DNA of 64,000 nt from Vulcanimicrobiota bacterium (GTDB taxonomy: Bacteria > Vulcanimicrobiota > Vulcanimicrobiia > Eremiobacterales > Eremiobacteraceae). The position numbers and the translations under genes were made by a program. Under the pieces are notes generated by a model. The model ran no database searches. It saw only the letters and a list, made by a program, of their open reading frames with translations, and was not told the origin of the DNA. The DNA is taken from contig CAWETU010000001.1 in assembly GCA_963812135.1 (NCBI GenBank), positions 1,120,001 to 1,184,000 on the forward strand. Direction: 5' to 3'. Below, in pieces: positions 30,056 to 39,307 of this stretch. Numbering within the stretch: the stretch's first letter is position 1; the number at the start of each line of letters is the position of its first letter.

Positions 30056-31366
30056 ATGGCAAAAGTGACCAGCAAGAACGCGGCGCGCAAGGCCGCTTAT
30101 CTCATGGACTGCGCCAAGACCTACTATCCCGAGCCGATCACGCTCGTCTCGGGCGATGGCGCGTACGTCATCGACGACGAGGGCCGCCGTTACCTCGATT
30201 TCTTCGCGGGCATCGCAGTGCTGGTCGCCGGGCACAACCATCCGAAGGTCACCGCTGCGGTGCACGATCAGGTCGACAAGATCGTCCACACCTCGACGCT
30301 ATATCTGAACGAACCGATGCTCGACCTGGCCGAGAAGCTCTCCGAACTCTCGCCGCCTGGGTTGGACAAAGTGTTCGTCGGCAACTCAGGCACCGAGGCG
30401 AACGAGCTCGCCGCCGTGCTCGCCCGCCACTTCACGAAGAACTCCGAATTCATCGCGCTCGCGCACGCCTATCACGGGCGCTCGGCGTGGACCGTCGGCA
30501 TCACCGGGCTCTCGGCGTGGCGCAACTTCGGCGGCGAGCCTTCCAAGATCGTGTTCGCGCCGAACGCGTACTGCTATCGCTGCCCGCTGAACCTGACCTA
30601 TCCGTCGTGCGAGATCGCCTGCGCCAAAGCGATCGAAGTGATCATCAAGACCGAAACATCAGGGCGCGTCGCCGGTTACTTCGCGGAGACCATCCAAGGC
30701 GTCGGCGGCATCATCACGCCGCCGCCGGAGTACTACGGCGTCGTCAAAGAGATTTTGGACCGGCACGGCATCCTGTTCATCGCGGATGAGGTGCAAACGG
30801 CTTGGGGCCGTCTCGGACACAACCTCTTCGGCATCAGCGATTGGGGCGTGACGCCCGACATCGTCACCTCCGCCAAGGGCCTGGGCAACGGGCTGCCGAT
30901 CTCGGTGGTCATCGCGCGCCGCGAGATCGCGGATGCCTATCAGGGTCCGCATATCAACACGTTCGGCGGCAACCCGCTGTCGTCGCGCGCGGCGGCGGCC
31001 ACCCTCGACGTCATCGAAACAGAAGGATTGACGGAGAACGCGCGCAGGGTCGGCGACCGATTGATGTCGCGGCTGCGCGCGCTTGGAGAGAAGCACGCGA
31101 TCGTCGGCGAGGTCCGCGGCCGCGGTTTGATGCTCGGCGTCGAGCTCGTGCGGGACCGCAAGACCAAGGAACCTGCGGGCGACGCGGCCGAGCGCGTGCT
31201 CAACGTCTGCAAGGACAAGGGACTGTTGATCGGGCGCGGCGGGTTGTATTCGAGCACGCTGCGGATCCAGCCGCCGCTGATCGTCAGCGCCGAACAGGCG
31301 GACGAAGCGGCGCGCATCTTCGACGAGGCGCTCGGCATCGCGTCAAAAGAGTTCGCACGCGCGTGA
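30056..31366 (+). CDS. Class III PLP aminotransferase (AGXT2/GabT-like)
   Basis: YLDFFAGI, GHNHP, NSGTEANE, YHG, ETIQG.GG, IADEVQT.WGR, AKGLGNG, NTFGGNP. Confidence 0.9.
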   Translation: MAKVTSKNAARKAAYLMDCAKTYYPEPITLVSGDGAYVIDDEGRRYLDFFAGIAVLVAGHNHPKVTAAVHDQVDKIVHTSTLYLNEPMLDLAEKLSELSPPGLDKVFVGNSGTEANELAAVLARHFTKNSEFIALAHAYHGRSAWTVGITGLSAWRNFGGEPSKIVFAPNAYCYRCPLNLTYPSCEIACAKAIEVIIKTETSGRVAGYFAETIQGVGGIITPPPEYYGVVKEILDRHGILFIADEVQTAWGRLGHNLFGISDWGVTPDIVTSAKGLGNGLPISVVIARREIADAYQGPHINTFGGNPLSSRAAAATLDVIETEGLTENARRVGDRLMSRLRALGEKHAIVGEVRGRGLMLGVELVRDRKTKEPAGDAAERVLNVCKDKGLLIGRGGLYSSTLRIQPPLIVSAEQADEAARIFDEALGIASKEFARA

Positions 31367-32463
31367 GCGGTTCGCCCGCCGAGCGGCGCACGCCGCACAT
31401 CGCCTACGAGCGCGGCGTGCTGCGGATCGTCGATCAGACCAAGCTGCCCGAAAGCGTCGAGGTGCTCTCGCTCGACTCCGCTCCTGCGGTCGCTGAGGCG
31501 ATCCGCGCGATGCGCGTGCGCGGCGCGCCGGCGATCGGCATCGCGGCGGCGTACGGCTTGGCGATCGCGTCGCTGGACGCGGCGGCGAAAGCGGACAGCC
31601 CCGATCACTTCCTCGGGCTCCTCTCGGACGCGGCGCAGGTGCTTGCCACCGCGAGACCCACCGCGGTGAATCTCACGTGGGCGGTCAACGGGTTGCTCAA
31701 CGAGGCGAAACGAGAGATCAACGCCGGCAACGCGCCGGCCGCCGTCGCCGCTCGGCTCGAAAAACACGCGGTACTGCTGCACGAAGAGGACGTCGCCGCG
31801 TGCCGGCGGATCGGCGACGCCGGGGAGGCGTTGTTGCCGGACGGCGTGACCGTCCTGACGCACTGCAACACAGGCGACTACGCGACCGGCGGCTATGGTA
31901 CCGCGCTGGGCGTGATCCGCTCGGCGTGGCGCTCGCGCAAGCTGCGCGCAGTGTTCGTCAACGAGACGCGCCCGCAACTTCAAGGCGCGCGGCTCACCGC
32001 ATACGAGCTGTTGCAAGACGGCATACCGTTCACGCTGATCGCCGATGTCATGGCCGGTCACTTCATGCGCCGCGGGGAGATCGGGGCCGTCGTCGTCGGC
32101 GCCGACCGCATCGCGACCAACGGCGACACCGCGAACAAGATCGGCACGTATTCGCTGGCGGTGTTGGCGCACGAGAACGGCATCCCGTTCTACGTCGCGG
32201 CACCGCGCTCGACGTTCGACCCCGATCTCGCGTCGGGCGACGACATCATCATCGAAGAGCGCGACCCCGATGAAGTGCGCACCGTCCGCGGTGTTGCGTT
32301 GGCGCCGGCGCAGACACCCGTGGCGAATCCGGCCTTCGACGTGACGCCGGCGCGTTACATCACCGCGTTCATCACCGACAACGGTGTGCTCCAGCCGCCG
32401 TACCAAACATCGATCGCCGCAATGCTCGAAGCCGGTCAGCTTTCGGAGACGCATGCCCGCTAA
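31363..32463 (+). CDS. mtnA: Methylthioribose-1-phosphate isomerase
   Basis: VRGAPAIG, RPTAVNL, THCNTG..AT..GTALG, ETRP.LQGARLT, GADRI..NGDTANKIGT, NPAFDVTP. Confidence 0.95.
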   Translation: MSGSPAERRTPHIAYERGVLRIVDQTKLPESVEVLSLDSAPAVAEAIRAMRVRGAPAIGIAAAYGLAIASLDAAAKADSPDHFLGLLSDAAQVLATARPTAVNLTWAVNGLLNEAKREINAGNAPAAVAARLEKHAVLLHEEDVAACRRIGDAGEALLPDGVTVLTHCNTGDYATGGYGTALGVIRSAWRSRKLRAVFVNETRPQLQGARLTAYELLQDGIPFTLIADVMAGHFMRRGEIGAVVVGADRIATNGDTANKIGTYSLAVLAHENGIPFYVAAPRSTFDPDLASGDDIIIEERDPDEVRTVRGVALAPAQTPVANPAFDVTPARYITAFITDNGVLQPPYQTSIAAMLEAGQLSETHAR

Positions 32464-33475
32464 GAAGGCGTCCGGTAAGATCGGCTATCTGCAGTTCATC
32501 GATGCGCCCGTCAGCGAGCCGCCGCGGCTCGTCATCATCGCCGGCAAGGAGCCGATCTTGGCCGACGACGTCATGGCGCGTTTGGTGGCTGCTGCGCTGC
32601 CCGACGAGTCGATGCGCGCGCTCAACCTGGATGTCATCGACGCGCGCGCGACCGACGACTTCAACGGGATCGAAGAGAAGACCAGCGCGTTGCCATTCCT
32701 CGCTGGCCGTCGCGTGGTGACGGTACGCGGCACGATCGACCTCAAGAAGGAACAGCGTGACGAGATCGTCGCGGGAGCGGAGACGGTGCCCGAGCAAGCG
32801 TTGCTCATCATCGATCACAGCGGCAAGCCTGCCAGACCTCAGGGCCGCAAACCGATGGATGAAGCCGCGGCATTCGCGAAGGCATCGCCGGATTCGATGA
32901 TCGTCGACGTCACGCTCAACGCCGCCGGTTGCGAACGGTATATCCAGACGCGCGCCGCCGAGCTGGGAGTGAAGCTCGACGTGGCTGCGGTCGGCGCGCT
33001 CGGCTCGCTCGAGAACGTCACCGAGATCAAGAACGCGCTCGATCTGCTCTCGTTGCTCAAGAAACAGATCACCGAGGCCGACGTGCGCCAGTACGCGCTG
33101 CCGAGCACCGACGTGAAGTTCTGGGATCTGGCGGGCGCGATCAACGATCGCGACGCCGAGCTCGCGTTGCGGCTGGCCAAAGAGCTCGTCTCCGAGCCGA
33201 GCGACGCGATCGGGCCGCTCATCTGGCTCGCCGGCGAACAGCAGATCATCTGGGAATTGCGCAACGGCGCGCGCGGCACCGAATATGCTGCAGCCACGGG
33301 GCAAAACGCGTGGCGGGTCAACAAGCTGCTCGGCGTCGGCCGAGACCTATCGAAAAAAGAGCTGAAAGATCGCGTCGACGTCACCATGGCGGCGCTGGAG
33401 CGCTCGATCACCGGCCGGCGCCAGGCCGATCAGGCGCTCGAAGAAGTGATCGTGCGGCTCGCCAGCAAGAAGTAA
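32453..33475 (+). CDS. holA: DNA polymerase III subunit delta
   Basis: G.E..L, LPFLAGRRVVTV, FWDL..AI..RD, typical size and C-terminal LEE.I..L. Confidence 0.75.
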   Translation: MPAKKASGKIGYLQFIDAPVSEPPRLVIIAGKEPILADDVMARLVAAALPDESMRALNLDVIDARATDDFNGIEEKTSALPFLAGRRVVTVRGTIDLKKEQRDEIVAGAETVPEQALLIIDHSGKPARPQGRKPMDEAAAFAKASPDSMIVDVTLNAAGCERYIQTRAAELGVKLDVAAVGALGSLENVTEIKNALDLLSLLKKQITEADVRQYALPSTDVKFWDLAGAINDRDAELALRLAKELVSEPSDAIGPLIWLAGEQQIIWELRNGARGTEYAAATGQNAWRVNKLLGVGRDLSKKELKDRVDVTMAALERSITGRRQADQALEEVIVRLASKK

Positions 33476-33489
33476 ACCCACTCAAGCCG

Positions 33490-33519
33490 CCAGGCGCGGC
33501 CCTTGCGACGCCTGGGTTT
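33490..33519 (+). terminator. Hairpin after holA, possible weak terminator
   Basis: CCAGGCG...CGCCTGG stem followed by GTTT. Confidence 0.3.
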
Positions 33520-33545
33520 CCACGATTTGAATAGGTCAGATAGGC

Positions 33546-33575
33546 TTGACAACCGCCTGGTAAATGTGGTATTTA
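33546..33575 (+). promoter_or_regulatory. Putative sigma70 promoter of the DUF1326-TetR operon
   Basis: Perfect TTGACA at 33546-33551, 18-nt spacer, TGg-TATTTA at 33567-33575; AT-rich intergenic region. Confidence 0.55.
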
Positions 33576-33601
33576 GTCAAGTGACCAAGGCGTGTGACTA
33601 A
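33573..33601. promoter_or_regulatory. Candidate TetR operator
   Basis: Inverted repeat TTAGTCA-ag-TGACCAA (33573-33588) over the -10/+1 region plus extra half-site TGACTAA (33595-33601). Confidence 0.5.
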
Positions 33602-33657
33602 CCCGGTATGGGGTGAACAAGCCTCTGGTTTCCCACTGCCCAAAAGGAGAGGTCAAA

Positions 33658-34383
33658 ATGAAGCGCACCGGATTCTTGACCGTTCTGGGCGGGGCGGCCG
33701 TGGCCGTTCCTCTCATAACCCAGAAGATAGAAGCTCAGACGGTCACAGTCGCAGATACCCAGACGAAGGCCCAGGGTAAGACCTATCAGCTCGCCGGCAC
33801 GCTGCTCGAGGCGTGCTCGTGCCGGACGCTGTGCCGTTGCTGGATCGGGGAAGACCCGGACGGCGGCGCGTGCAACGCGTTCAACGCCTATCACATCGAC
33901 AAGGGCACGATCAACGGGATCGACGTGTCCGGACTCACCTACGTGCAGGCCGTCAAGATCCCCGGCAACGTGCTCGTGCCCAAGAGCTGGACCCGCGTCA
34001 CCTTGCTCGATTCCAAAGCGACGCCGGCGCAGCGGCAAGCGCTGCTCGACGCCTACCATGGAAAGCTCGGCGGTCCGCTCGCAGACCTCAACGGGCTCAT
34101 CAAAGAAGATCTTGCGGTCTACGACGCGCCCATCACCCACCAGCTCGCCGGCGGCAAAGGCACAATCGTCGTCGGCGACAAGATCAGCGCGACGATGGCC
34201 CCCTACAAGAGCGCGTACGGCACCGCGACGACGTTGCGCGACAGCGTATTCAGCACGATCGCCGGAGCGCCGGCCTACGTCTCAAAAGCGACAGAGCACA
34301 TCGTGAACATCCCGGAGCATGGTATGGTGTGGACCTTCCACGACCGCAACGCCATTCAGGGCGACTTCAAGATGGAGGCATAG
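33658..34383 (+). CDS. DUF1326-family Cys-rich protein with Tat-like signal
   Basis: G..LEACSC...C.C..G..P..G.C motif; SD AGGAG; N-terminus MKRTGFL plus hydrophobic stretch. Confidence 0.82.
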   Translation: MKRTGFLTVLGGAAVAVPLITQKIEAQTVTVADTQTKAQGKTYQLAGTLLEACSCRTLCRCWIGEDPDGGACNAFNAYHIDKGTINGIDVSGLTYVQAVKIPGNVLVPKSWTRVTLLDSKATPAQRQALLDAYHGKLGGPLADLNGLIKEDLAVYDAPITHQLAGGKGTIVVGDKISATMAPYKSAYGTATTLRDSVFSTIAGAPAYVSKATEHIVNIPEHGMVWTFHDRNAIQGDFKMEA

Positions 34384-34386
34384 CAC

Positions 34387-35175
34387 ATGGCGACGATCGC
34401 GGCACGCACAGCGTCACCAGACACCGGCTACTACCGCACGCTTGCGGTCCTGGCGGCAGCGATCATTGCGGCGTGGGGCGCCTGTGTGTGGGCGGAGTGG
34501 AGCGGCATCGCCGCTTCGCTCCACCACCACGCGCTCTACGAGAGCGGGCGGCCGTTTTGGATGTCGGCACTGGTGGTGCTTGGCGCCTGGCAGGTGATGA
34601 CGGCGGCGATGATGCTGCCATCATCGCTTGGCTTTATCCGCATGTACGCGGCGGCGGCACGCAACGCTCCGGAATTCCCGAAAGCGCTTGCGCTGTTCCT
34701 CACCGCCTACTTCGCGGTGTGGTCCGCGTTCGCGCTGCTCGCATTCGCAGGCGATATGCAGCTGCACCGATTGGTGGAAGCGTGGGCGTGGCTTGGCGCG
34801 CATTCGCAGTACGTGCTCGCCGGCACGCTCGGCTTCGCGGCGGTCTACCAGCTCACGCCGCTCAAAGATGCGTGCTTGAAAGCATGCCGCCATCCCGGCA
34901 TGTATCTCGCGCGCCATTATCAGCGCGGCGTGGCGAACGGCTTGTGGATCGGTCTTGGGCACGCCCTGTTCTGCCTGGGCTGCTGCTGGGCGCTCATGCT
35001 CGTGATGTTCGCGGCGGGTGTCGCGCATCTGGCATGGATGGGCGTTCTCGGCGTGGTGATGCTGGTAGAGAAAGGCTTCCCCAACGGCGATCGCGCGGTG
35101 GTGCCAGTGGGAATCGCGCTCGGAGCGCTCGCCGTTGTCGCCGCATTCGCCCCGCACGCGATACCAGGACTGTAG
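34387..35175 (+). CDS. DUF2182-family predicted metal-binding membrane protein
   Basis: W.VM..AMMLPS, YQLTPLK.ACL..CR.P, CLGCCWALM, EK; usual partner of DUF1326. Confidence 0.87.
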   Translation: MATIAARTASPDTGYYRTLAVLAAAIIAAWGACVWAEWSGIAASLHHHALYESGRPFWMSALVVLGAWQVMTAAMMLPSSLGFIRMYAAAARNAPEFPKALALFLTAYFAVWSAFALLAFAGDMQLHRLVEAWAWLGAHSQYVLAGTLGFAAVYQLTPLKDACLKACRHPGMYLARHYQRGVANGLWIGLGHALFCLGCCWALMLVMFAAGVAHLAWMGVLGVVMLVEKGFPNGDRAVVPVGIALGALAVVAAFAPHAIPGL

Positions 35176-35213
35176 CGGTCCGGACGAGCAACGCACTAGC
35201 GGAGGACCTGACC

Positions 35214-35855
35214 ATCAAATCGACACCACGGCAACGAGTCGGCATCACGCCGGCGCGCGAAGACGCTGAAAAAGCGTTCCTCGACGCGGCGGAGCGGCTG
35301 CTTGTCCGAGTCGGATATGCCGGCATCACGACGCGCAAACTCGCCGAAGAGGCAGGGCTCAACCACGGGCTGGTCCACTACTATTTCGGCTCCATGCAAG
35401 AGCTGCTCTTGCGGGTGCTCGAGCGTCACACCGAACGGCTCATCGCCCGGCAGAAAGAGATGTACGCTGCGCCGGGCCCGTTCATCGAGAAGTGGCGGAC
35501 CGCGATGCGCTACCTCGTCGAAGATGAAAGCAGCGGCTACGCCAAGATGTGGTTCGAGCTGCAAGCGATGGGGTGGAACGACCCCGAGATGCGCAAGCGC
35601 GTGGTCAACGTCGACCGCGCGTGGACCAAGGTCATCACCGACGCGCTCGACAAAGCGATGGCGGAATATGGCCTGGACCGCAGCCAGTTTCCGCTCGACG
35701 CCGTGGTGACGCTCGTCGGCACCTTCAATGAAGGCATCCATCTGCAGCGCTTGTCCGGCATCCATTCCGGGCACCGCGCGTTGCTCGACGCGATCGACCG
35801 CTGGCTCGAAGGCCTCGAGCAGCGCAAGAAGTCGCGCGGTGCGGCTGCGCAATGA
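35214..35855 (+). CDS. TetR family regulator, apparent non-canonical (ATC) start
   Basis: HTH FLDAAERLL...GY..ITTRKLAEEAGLNHGLVHYYFGS; no in-frame ATG/GTG/TTG between upstream stop and HTH; GGAGG 8 nt before ATC. Confidence 0.85.
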   Translation: MKSTPRQRVGITPAREDAEKAFLDAAERLLVRVGYAGITTRKLAEEAGLNHGLVHYYFGSMQELLLRVLERHTERLIARQKEMYAAPGPFIEKWRTAMRYLVEDESSGYAKMWFELQAMGWNDPEMRKRVVNVDRAWTKVITDALDKAMAEYGLDRSQFPLDAVVTLVGTFNEGIHLQRLSGIHSGHRALLDAIDRWLEGLEQRKKSRGAAAQ

Positions 35856-38017
35856 GAGCCCGGCTGCCCGATCGCGAGGGATACGCGACGCGAGATGGGA
35901 TCAAGATCTTCTACGAGGTCTTCGGCGATGGACCGCAGACCATTCTGTTGCTGCCTCCGTGGGCGATCAACCACTCGCGGACGTGGAAGGGACAGGTCCC
36001 GTACCTCGCGCGTCATTTCCGCGTCGTCACGTATGATCCAGTCGGCAACGGGCGTTCTGACCGCCCCCAAGACCCAAACGAATATACCGATTGGAAGCGC
36101 GTCGCGGACGCGATCGCGGTCATGGATGCGACGGACACGCCGCAGGCGGTCGTCGTGGGCATCTGCACCGAAGCGTGGGTCGCGACGCTGCTCGCCGGCG
36201 AGCATCCGCAGCGCGCCAACGGCCTCGTGTTCTTCTCGCCGGTTTCGCCGTATGGTGAATCCATGCCCGAGCGCGAGGGTTTCTCGTTCGACGAACCGCG
36301 CGACACGTACGAAGGCTGGGCGAAAGAGAACCGCCACTACTGGCTGAGCAACTACAAAGATTTCCTCGAATTCTTCTTCAGTCAGGGTCTCGATGAGCCG
36401 CATTCGACCAAGCAGATCGAAGACTCGGTCGAGTGGGGATTGGAGACCGACCCGAAGACGCTGCTCGCGACGGTGGACGCACCCGAATTTCTCGCGACCT
36501 TGACGGCGTCGGACCCGCAAGTGGCCGAGCTCTATCGGAAGATCGAGTGTCCGGTGCTCGTCATCCACGGAGAGAAGGATCGGCTCGTTTCGCCGACGCG
36601 CGGCGAAGCGGTCGCACGCGCGACCGGCGGGGAGCTCGCCGTCATCGAGGGAGGCTGCCACGTCCTGTGGGGCCGCCATCCCGTCAAGATCAATCTGTTG
36701 CTGCGAGGCTTCGCTGAAAGGATCGCGTCCATGGGATCCCCGACATCAGGTAACGGAGCGCCGGCGGCGGAACGCGGACCGATGAAAGAGCAGCGTTGGG
36801 CGACCGCGCGCAGCCGCAAGCGCCGCGCGCTCTACATCTCTTCGCCCATCGGGCTCGGCCATGCGCAACGCGACGTCGCGATCGCGCGCGAGCTGCGCCG
36901 CTTGCGACCCGACCTCGAGATCGACTGGTTGGCGCAAGACCCGGTCACCCGCGTGCTCGAGGCGGAAGGCGAGCGCATCCATCCTGCCAGTCGCTTCCTC
37001 GCAAGCGAGAGCAAGCACATCGAGAGCGAGTCGGCTGAGCACGATCTGCATGCGTTCCAAGCGGTGCGCCGCATGGACGAGATCCTGGTCAACAACTTCA
37101 TGGTGTTTCACGATATCGTGCGCGACGATCCGTACGACCTGTGGATCGGCGACGAGGCCTGGGAGCTGGATTATTTCCTCCACGAGAATCCGGAAGAGAA
37201 GCGCGCCGCCTACGTGTGGATGACCGACTTCGTGGGATGGGTCCCGATGCCGGACGGCGGCGAGCGCGAGGCGTTCCTGACGACGGACTACAACGCCGAG
37301 ATGATCGAGCACATCGCGCGGTTCCCGCGCCTGCGCGATCGGTCCATCTTCGTCGGGAATCCCGATGACATCGTGCCCGAAAGCCTCGGCAAGGATCTGC
37401 CGATGATCGCAGACTGGACGCGCGAGCACTTCGATTTCTCCGGATATATCACGGGGTTCGATCCGGCCGCATTCGCCGACCGCTCGGCGCTGCGCGCCGA
37501 GCTCGGCTACAAGCCGGACGAAACCGTCTGCATCGTGACCGTCGGCGGATCAGGTGTCGGTGGAGCTCTGCTGCGTCGCGTGATCGAGTCGTTCCCAGCG
37601 GCCAAGCGTCTCGTGCCGAGCTTGCGGATGATCGCGGTCGCGGGGCCGCGCATCGATCCCGCTTCGCTTCACGCGGCTGACGGGCTCGAGATCCGGGCAT
37701 ACGTCCACGAATTGTACCGCCATCTGGCGGCGTGCGACATCGCGGTTGTACAGGGCGGACTATCGACCACGATGGAGCTGACCGCGAATCGCCGGCCGTT
37801 CTTGTACTTCCCGCTGCGCCACCACTTCGAGCAGAACTTCCACGTCCGCCACCGGCTCGAACGCTACGGTGCCGGCCGCTGTATGGATTTTGCTACCGCG
37901 ACGCCGGACGTCATCGCGGCGGCGATTGCCAGCGAGCTCAAGCGGCCGGTGGCGTACAGGCCCGTCGAAACTGACGGCGCCGCACGCGCCGCGGCGCGTA
38001 TCGCCGAGCTGCTATGA
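35852..38017 (+). CDS. Fusion of alpha/beta hydrolase and GT-B glycosyltransferase
   Basis: N-half YD..GNG.S.RP, PVLVIHG..D, GGCH; C-half SSPIGLGH..RD, VTVGGSG, ACD.AVVQGGLSTTMEL, HFEQ. Confidence 0.82.
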   Translation: MRARLPDREGYATRDGIKIFYEVFGDGPQTILLLPPWAINHSRTWKGQVPYLARHFRVVTYDPVGNGRSDRPQDPNEYTDWKRVADAIAVMDATDTPQAVVVGICTEAWVATLLAGEHPQRANGLVFFSPVSPYGESMPEREGFSFDEPRDTYEGWAKENRHYWLSNYKDFLEFFFSQGLDEPHSTKQIEDSVEWGLETDPKTLLATVDAPEFLATLTASDPQVAELYRKIECPVLVIHGEKDRLVSPTRGEAVARATGGELAVIEGGCHVLWGRHPVKINLLLRGFAERIASMGSPTSGNGAPAAERGPMKEQRWATARSRKRRALYISSPIGLGHAQRDVAIARELRRLRPDLEIDWLAQDPVTRVLEAEGERIHPASRFLASESKHIESESAEHDLHAFQAVRRMDEILVNNFMVFHDIVRDDPYDLWIGDEAWELDYFLHENPEEKRAAYVWMTDFVGWVPMPDGGEREAFLTTDYNAEMIEHIARFPRLRDRSIFVGNPDDIVPESLGKDLPMIADWTREHFDFSGYITGFDPAAFADRSALRAELGYKPDETVCIVTVGGSGVGGALLRRVIESFPAAKRLVPSLRMIAVAGPRIDPASLHAADGLEIRAYVHELYRHLAACDIAVVQGGLSTTMELTANRRPFLYFPLRHHFEQNFHVRHRLERYGAGRCMDFATATPDVIAAAIASELKRPVAYRPVETDGAARAAARIAELL

Positions 38018-38961
38018 GAGCGCGCGAGCCGGACGCGTCCGGCTATGTCGAGCGCACGGACGCACGGATCTACTATGAGGTCTTCGGCTCGGGCCCGCAG
38101 ACGCTGCTCTTCTTGCCGACCTGGTCGCTCGTCCACTCACGCGTGTGGAAATTGCAGGTGCCGTACTTCGCGAGACATTATCGCGTGATCACGTTCGACG
38201 GGCGCGGCAACGGCAAATCGAGCCGCCCGAGCGACGCGAGCGCATACACGTATCAAGCGTTCGTCGACGATGCGCTCGCGGTGATGGACGCGACGGCGAC
38301 GCCGCGCGCGACGATAGTCGGCTACTCGATGGGCGGCGTCCGCCTGGCGATGCTCGCAACGCATCACGCCGAAAGAGTAGAGGGCGCCGTCTTCATCGGG
38401 CCGGTTTCGCCGTTTGCCGAACCGACGCGGCCCGGCGCCGGTTCGTATTCGTGGGACGAACCGCTCGAGACGACCGAAGGTTGGGCGAAGCACAACAAGT
38501 ACTACTGGCGCCAAAATTATGCCGATTGGCTCGAATTCTTCGCGGGCAAGCTGTTCACCGAACCGCACTCGACCAAAGCCATCGAAGATGTGATCGGATG
38601 GGGAAACGAGACGAATGCGGAGACCTTGATCGCGACGTATGAGTCGCCGCGATCTGCGGACCAGCCGCCGCCGGACCGTGAAGCTGCAACCGAGTACTAC
38701 GCCGGGATCCGCTGCCCGGTGCTCGTCATCCACGGCAGCGATGACGCCGTACTGCCGCACTCAATGGGCGCCGGCGTCGCACGGGCGACCGGCGGCACGC
38801 TCGTGACGATCGAGGGCGGCGGCCACACGCCGCACGTGCGCCACCCAGTGAAAGTGAATATTCTCATCCGGCGCTTCATGGATGAGGTCGTCGCACCGCG
38901 CGCGCAGCGCGAGAAACAAAGAGCTTCGCTAGACGTCGAGCGGCTCGAAGTTCGCAAATAG
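38014..38961 (+). CDS. Alpha/beta hydrolase, paralog of the upstream N-terminal domain
   Basis: FDGRGNG.S, GYSMGG nucleophile elbow, IHG.DD, GGGH; shared MRAR.PD..GY and EPHSTK.IED motifs. Confidence 0.9.
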   Translation: MRAREPDASGYVERTDARIYYEVFGSGPQTLLFLPTWSLVHSRVWKLQVPYFARHYRVITFDGRGNGKSSRPSDASAYTYQAFVDDALAVMDATATPRATIVGYSMGGVRLAMLATHHAERVEGAVFIGPVSPFAEPTRPGAGSYSWDEPLETTEGWAKHNKYYWRQNYADWLEFFAGKLFTEPHSTKAIEDVIGWGNETNAETLIATYESPRSADQPPPDREAATEYYAGIRCPVLVIHGSDDAVLPHSMGAGVARATGGTLVTIEGGGHTPHVRHPVKVNILIRRFMDEVVAPRAQREKQRASLDVERLEVRK

Positions 38962-39249
38962 CTCAGAGCACTCGGGGACCGTCGCGAGCGGCACGTATTC
39001 GCACGCCTCGTTGAAGCGCCCCCAGAGCTTGGCCACCTGTGGATTCGAATGCGCCTGCTCGATCGCCTCATCCGACTTCCACTCAAAGACTTCGACGATC
39101 GTGCCGTCCTCCGCGCGCATCGCCTGCGCCGGACGGTTGGTGATGAGGTTCTCGGCGCGCAACACCGCCATGTGATCGGTGACGGCGTCGAGCAGCAATG
39201 TCTCCTTGCCCTTGCGCGGCCGATATGCCGCAATTGAAAATACACCCAT
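38929..39249 (-). CDS. Small hypothetical protein, probable dimeric alpha-beta barrel (ABM-like)
   Basis: 106 aa; YRP..GKE, VEVFEW.S.EAI..AH..P.V..LW pattern. Confidence 0.65.
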   Translation of the reverse strand: MGVFSIAAYRPRKGKETLLLDAVTDHMAVLRAENLITNRPAQAMRAEDGTIVEVFEWKSDEAIEQAHSNPQVAKLWGRFNEACEYVPLATVPECSELFANFEPLDV

Positions 39250-39307
39250 GCGTGTGAACGTTCGCCCAAAAGGGCGTTCGCGTCCCGCGACGAACGAGCA
39301 AAGTACC

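Noticed and set aside
35172..35190. GTAGCGGTC at the DUF2182 stop codon
   Set aside because: Only 9 nt match and no REP hairpin; cannot be separated from chance
33813..35855. 680-aa ORF as a large TetR fusion
   Set aside because: The first ~465 codons overlap the DUF1326 and DUF2182 genes out of frame; only the 3' part is TetR-like
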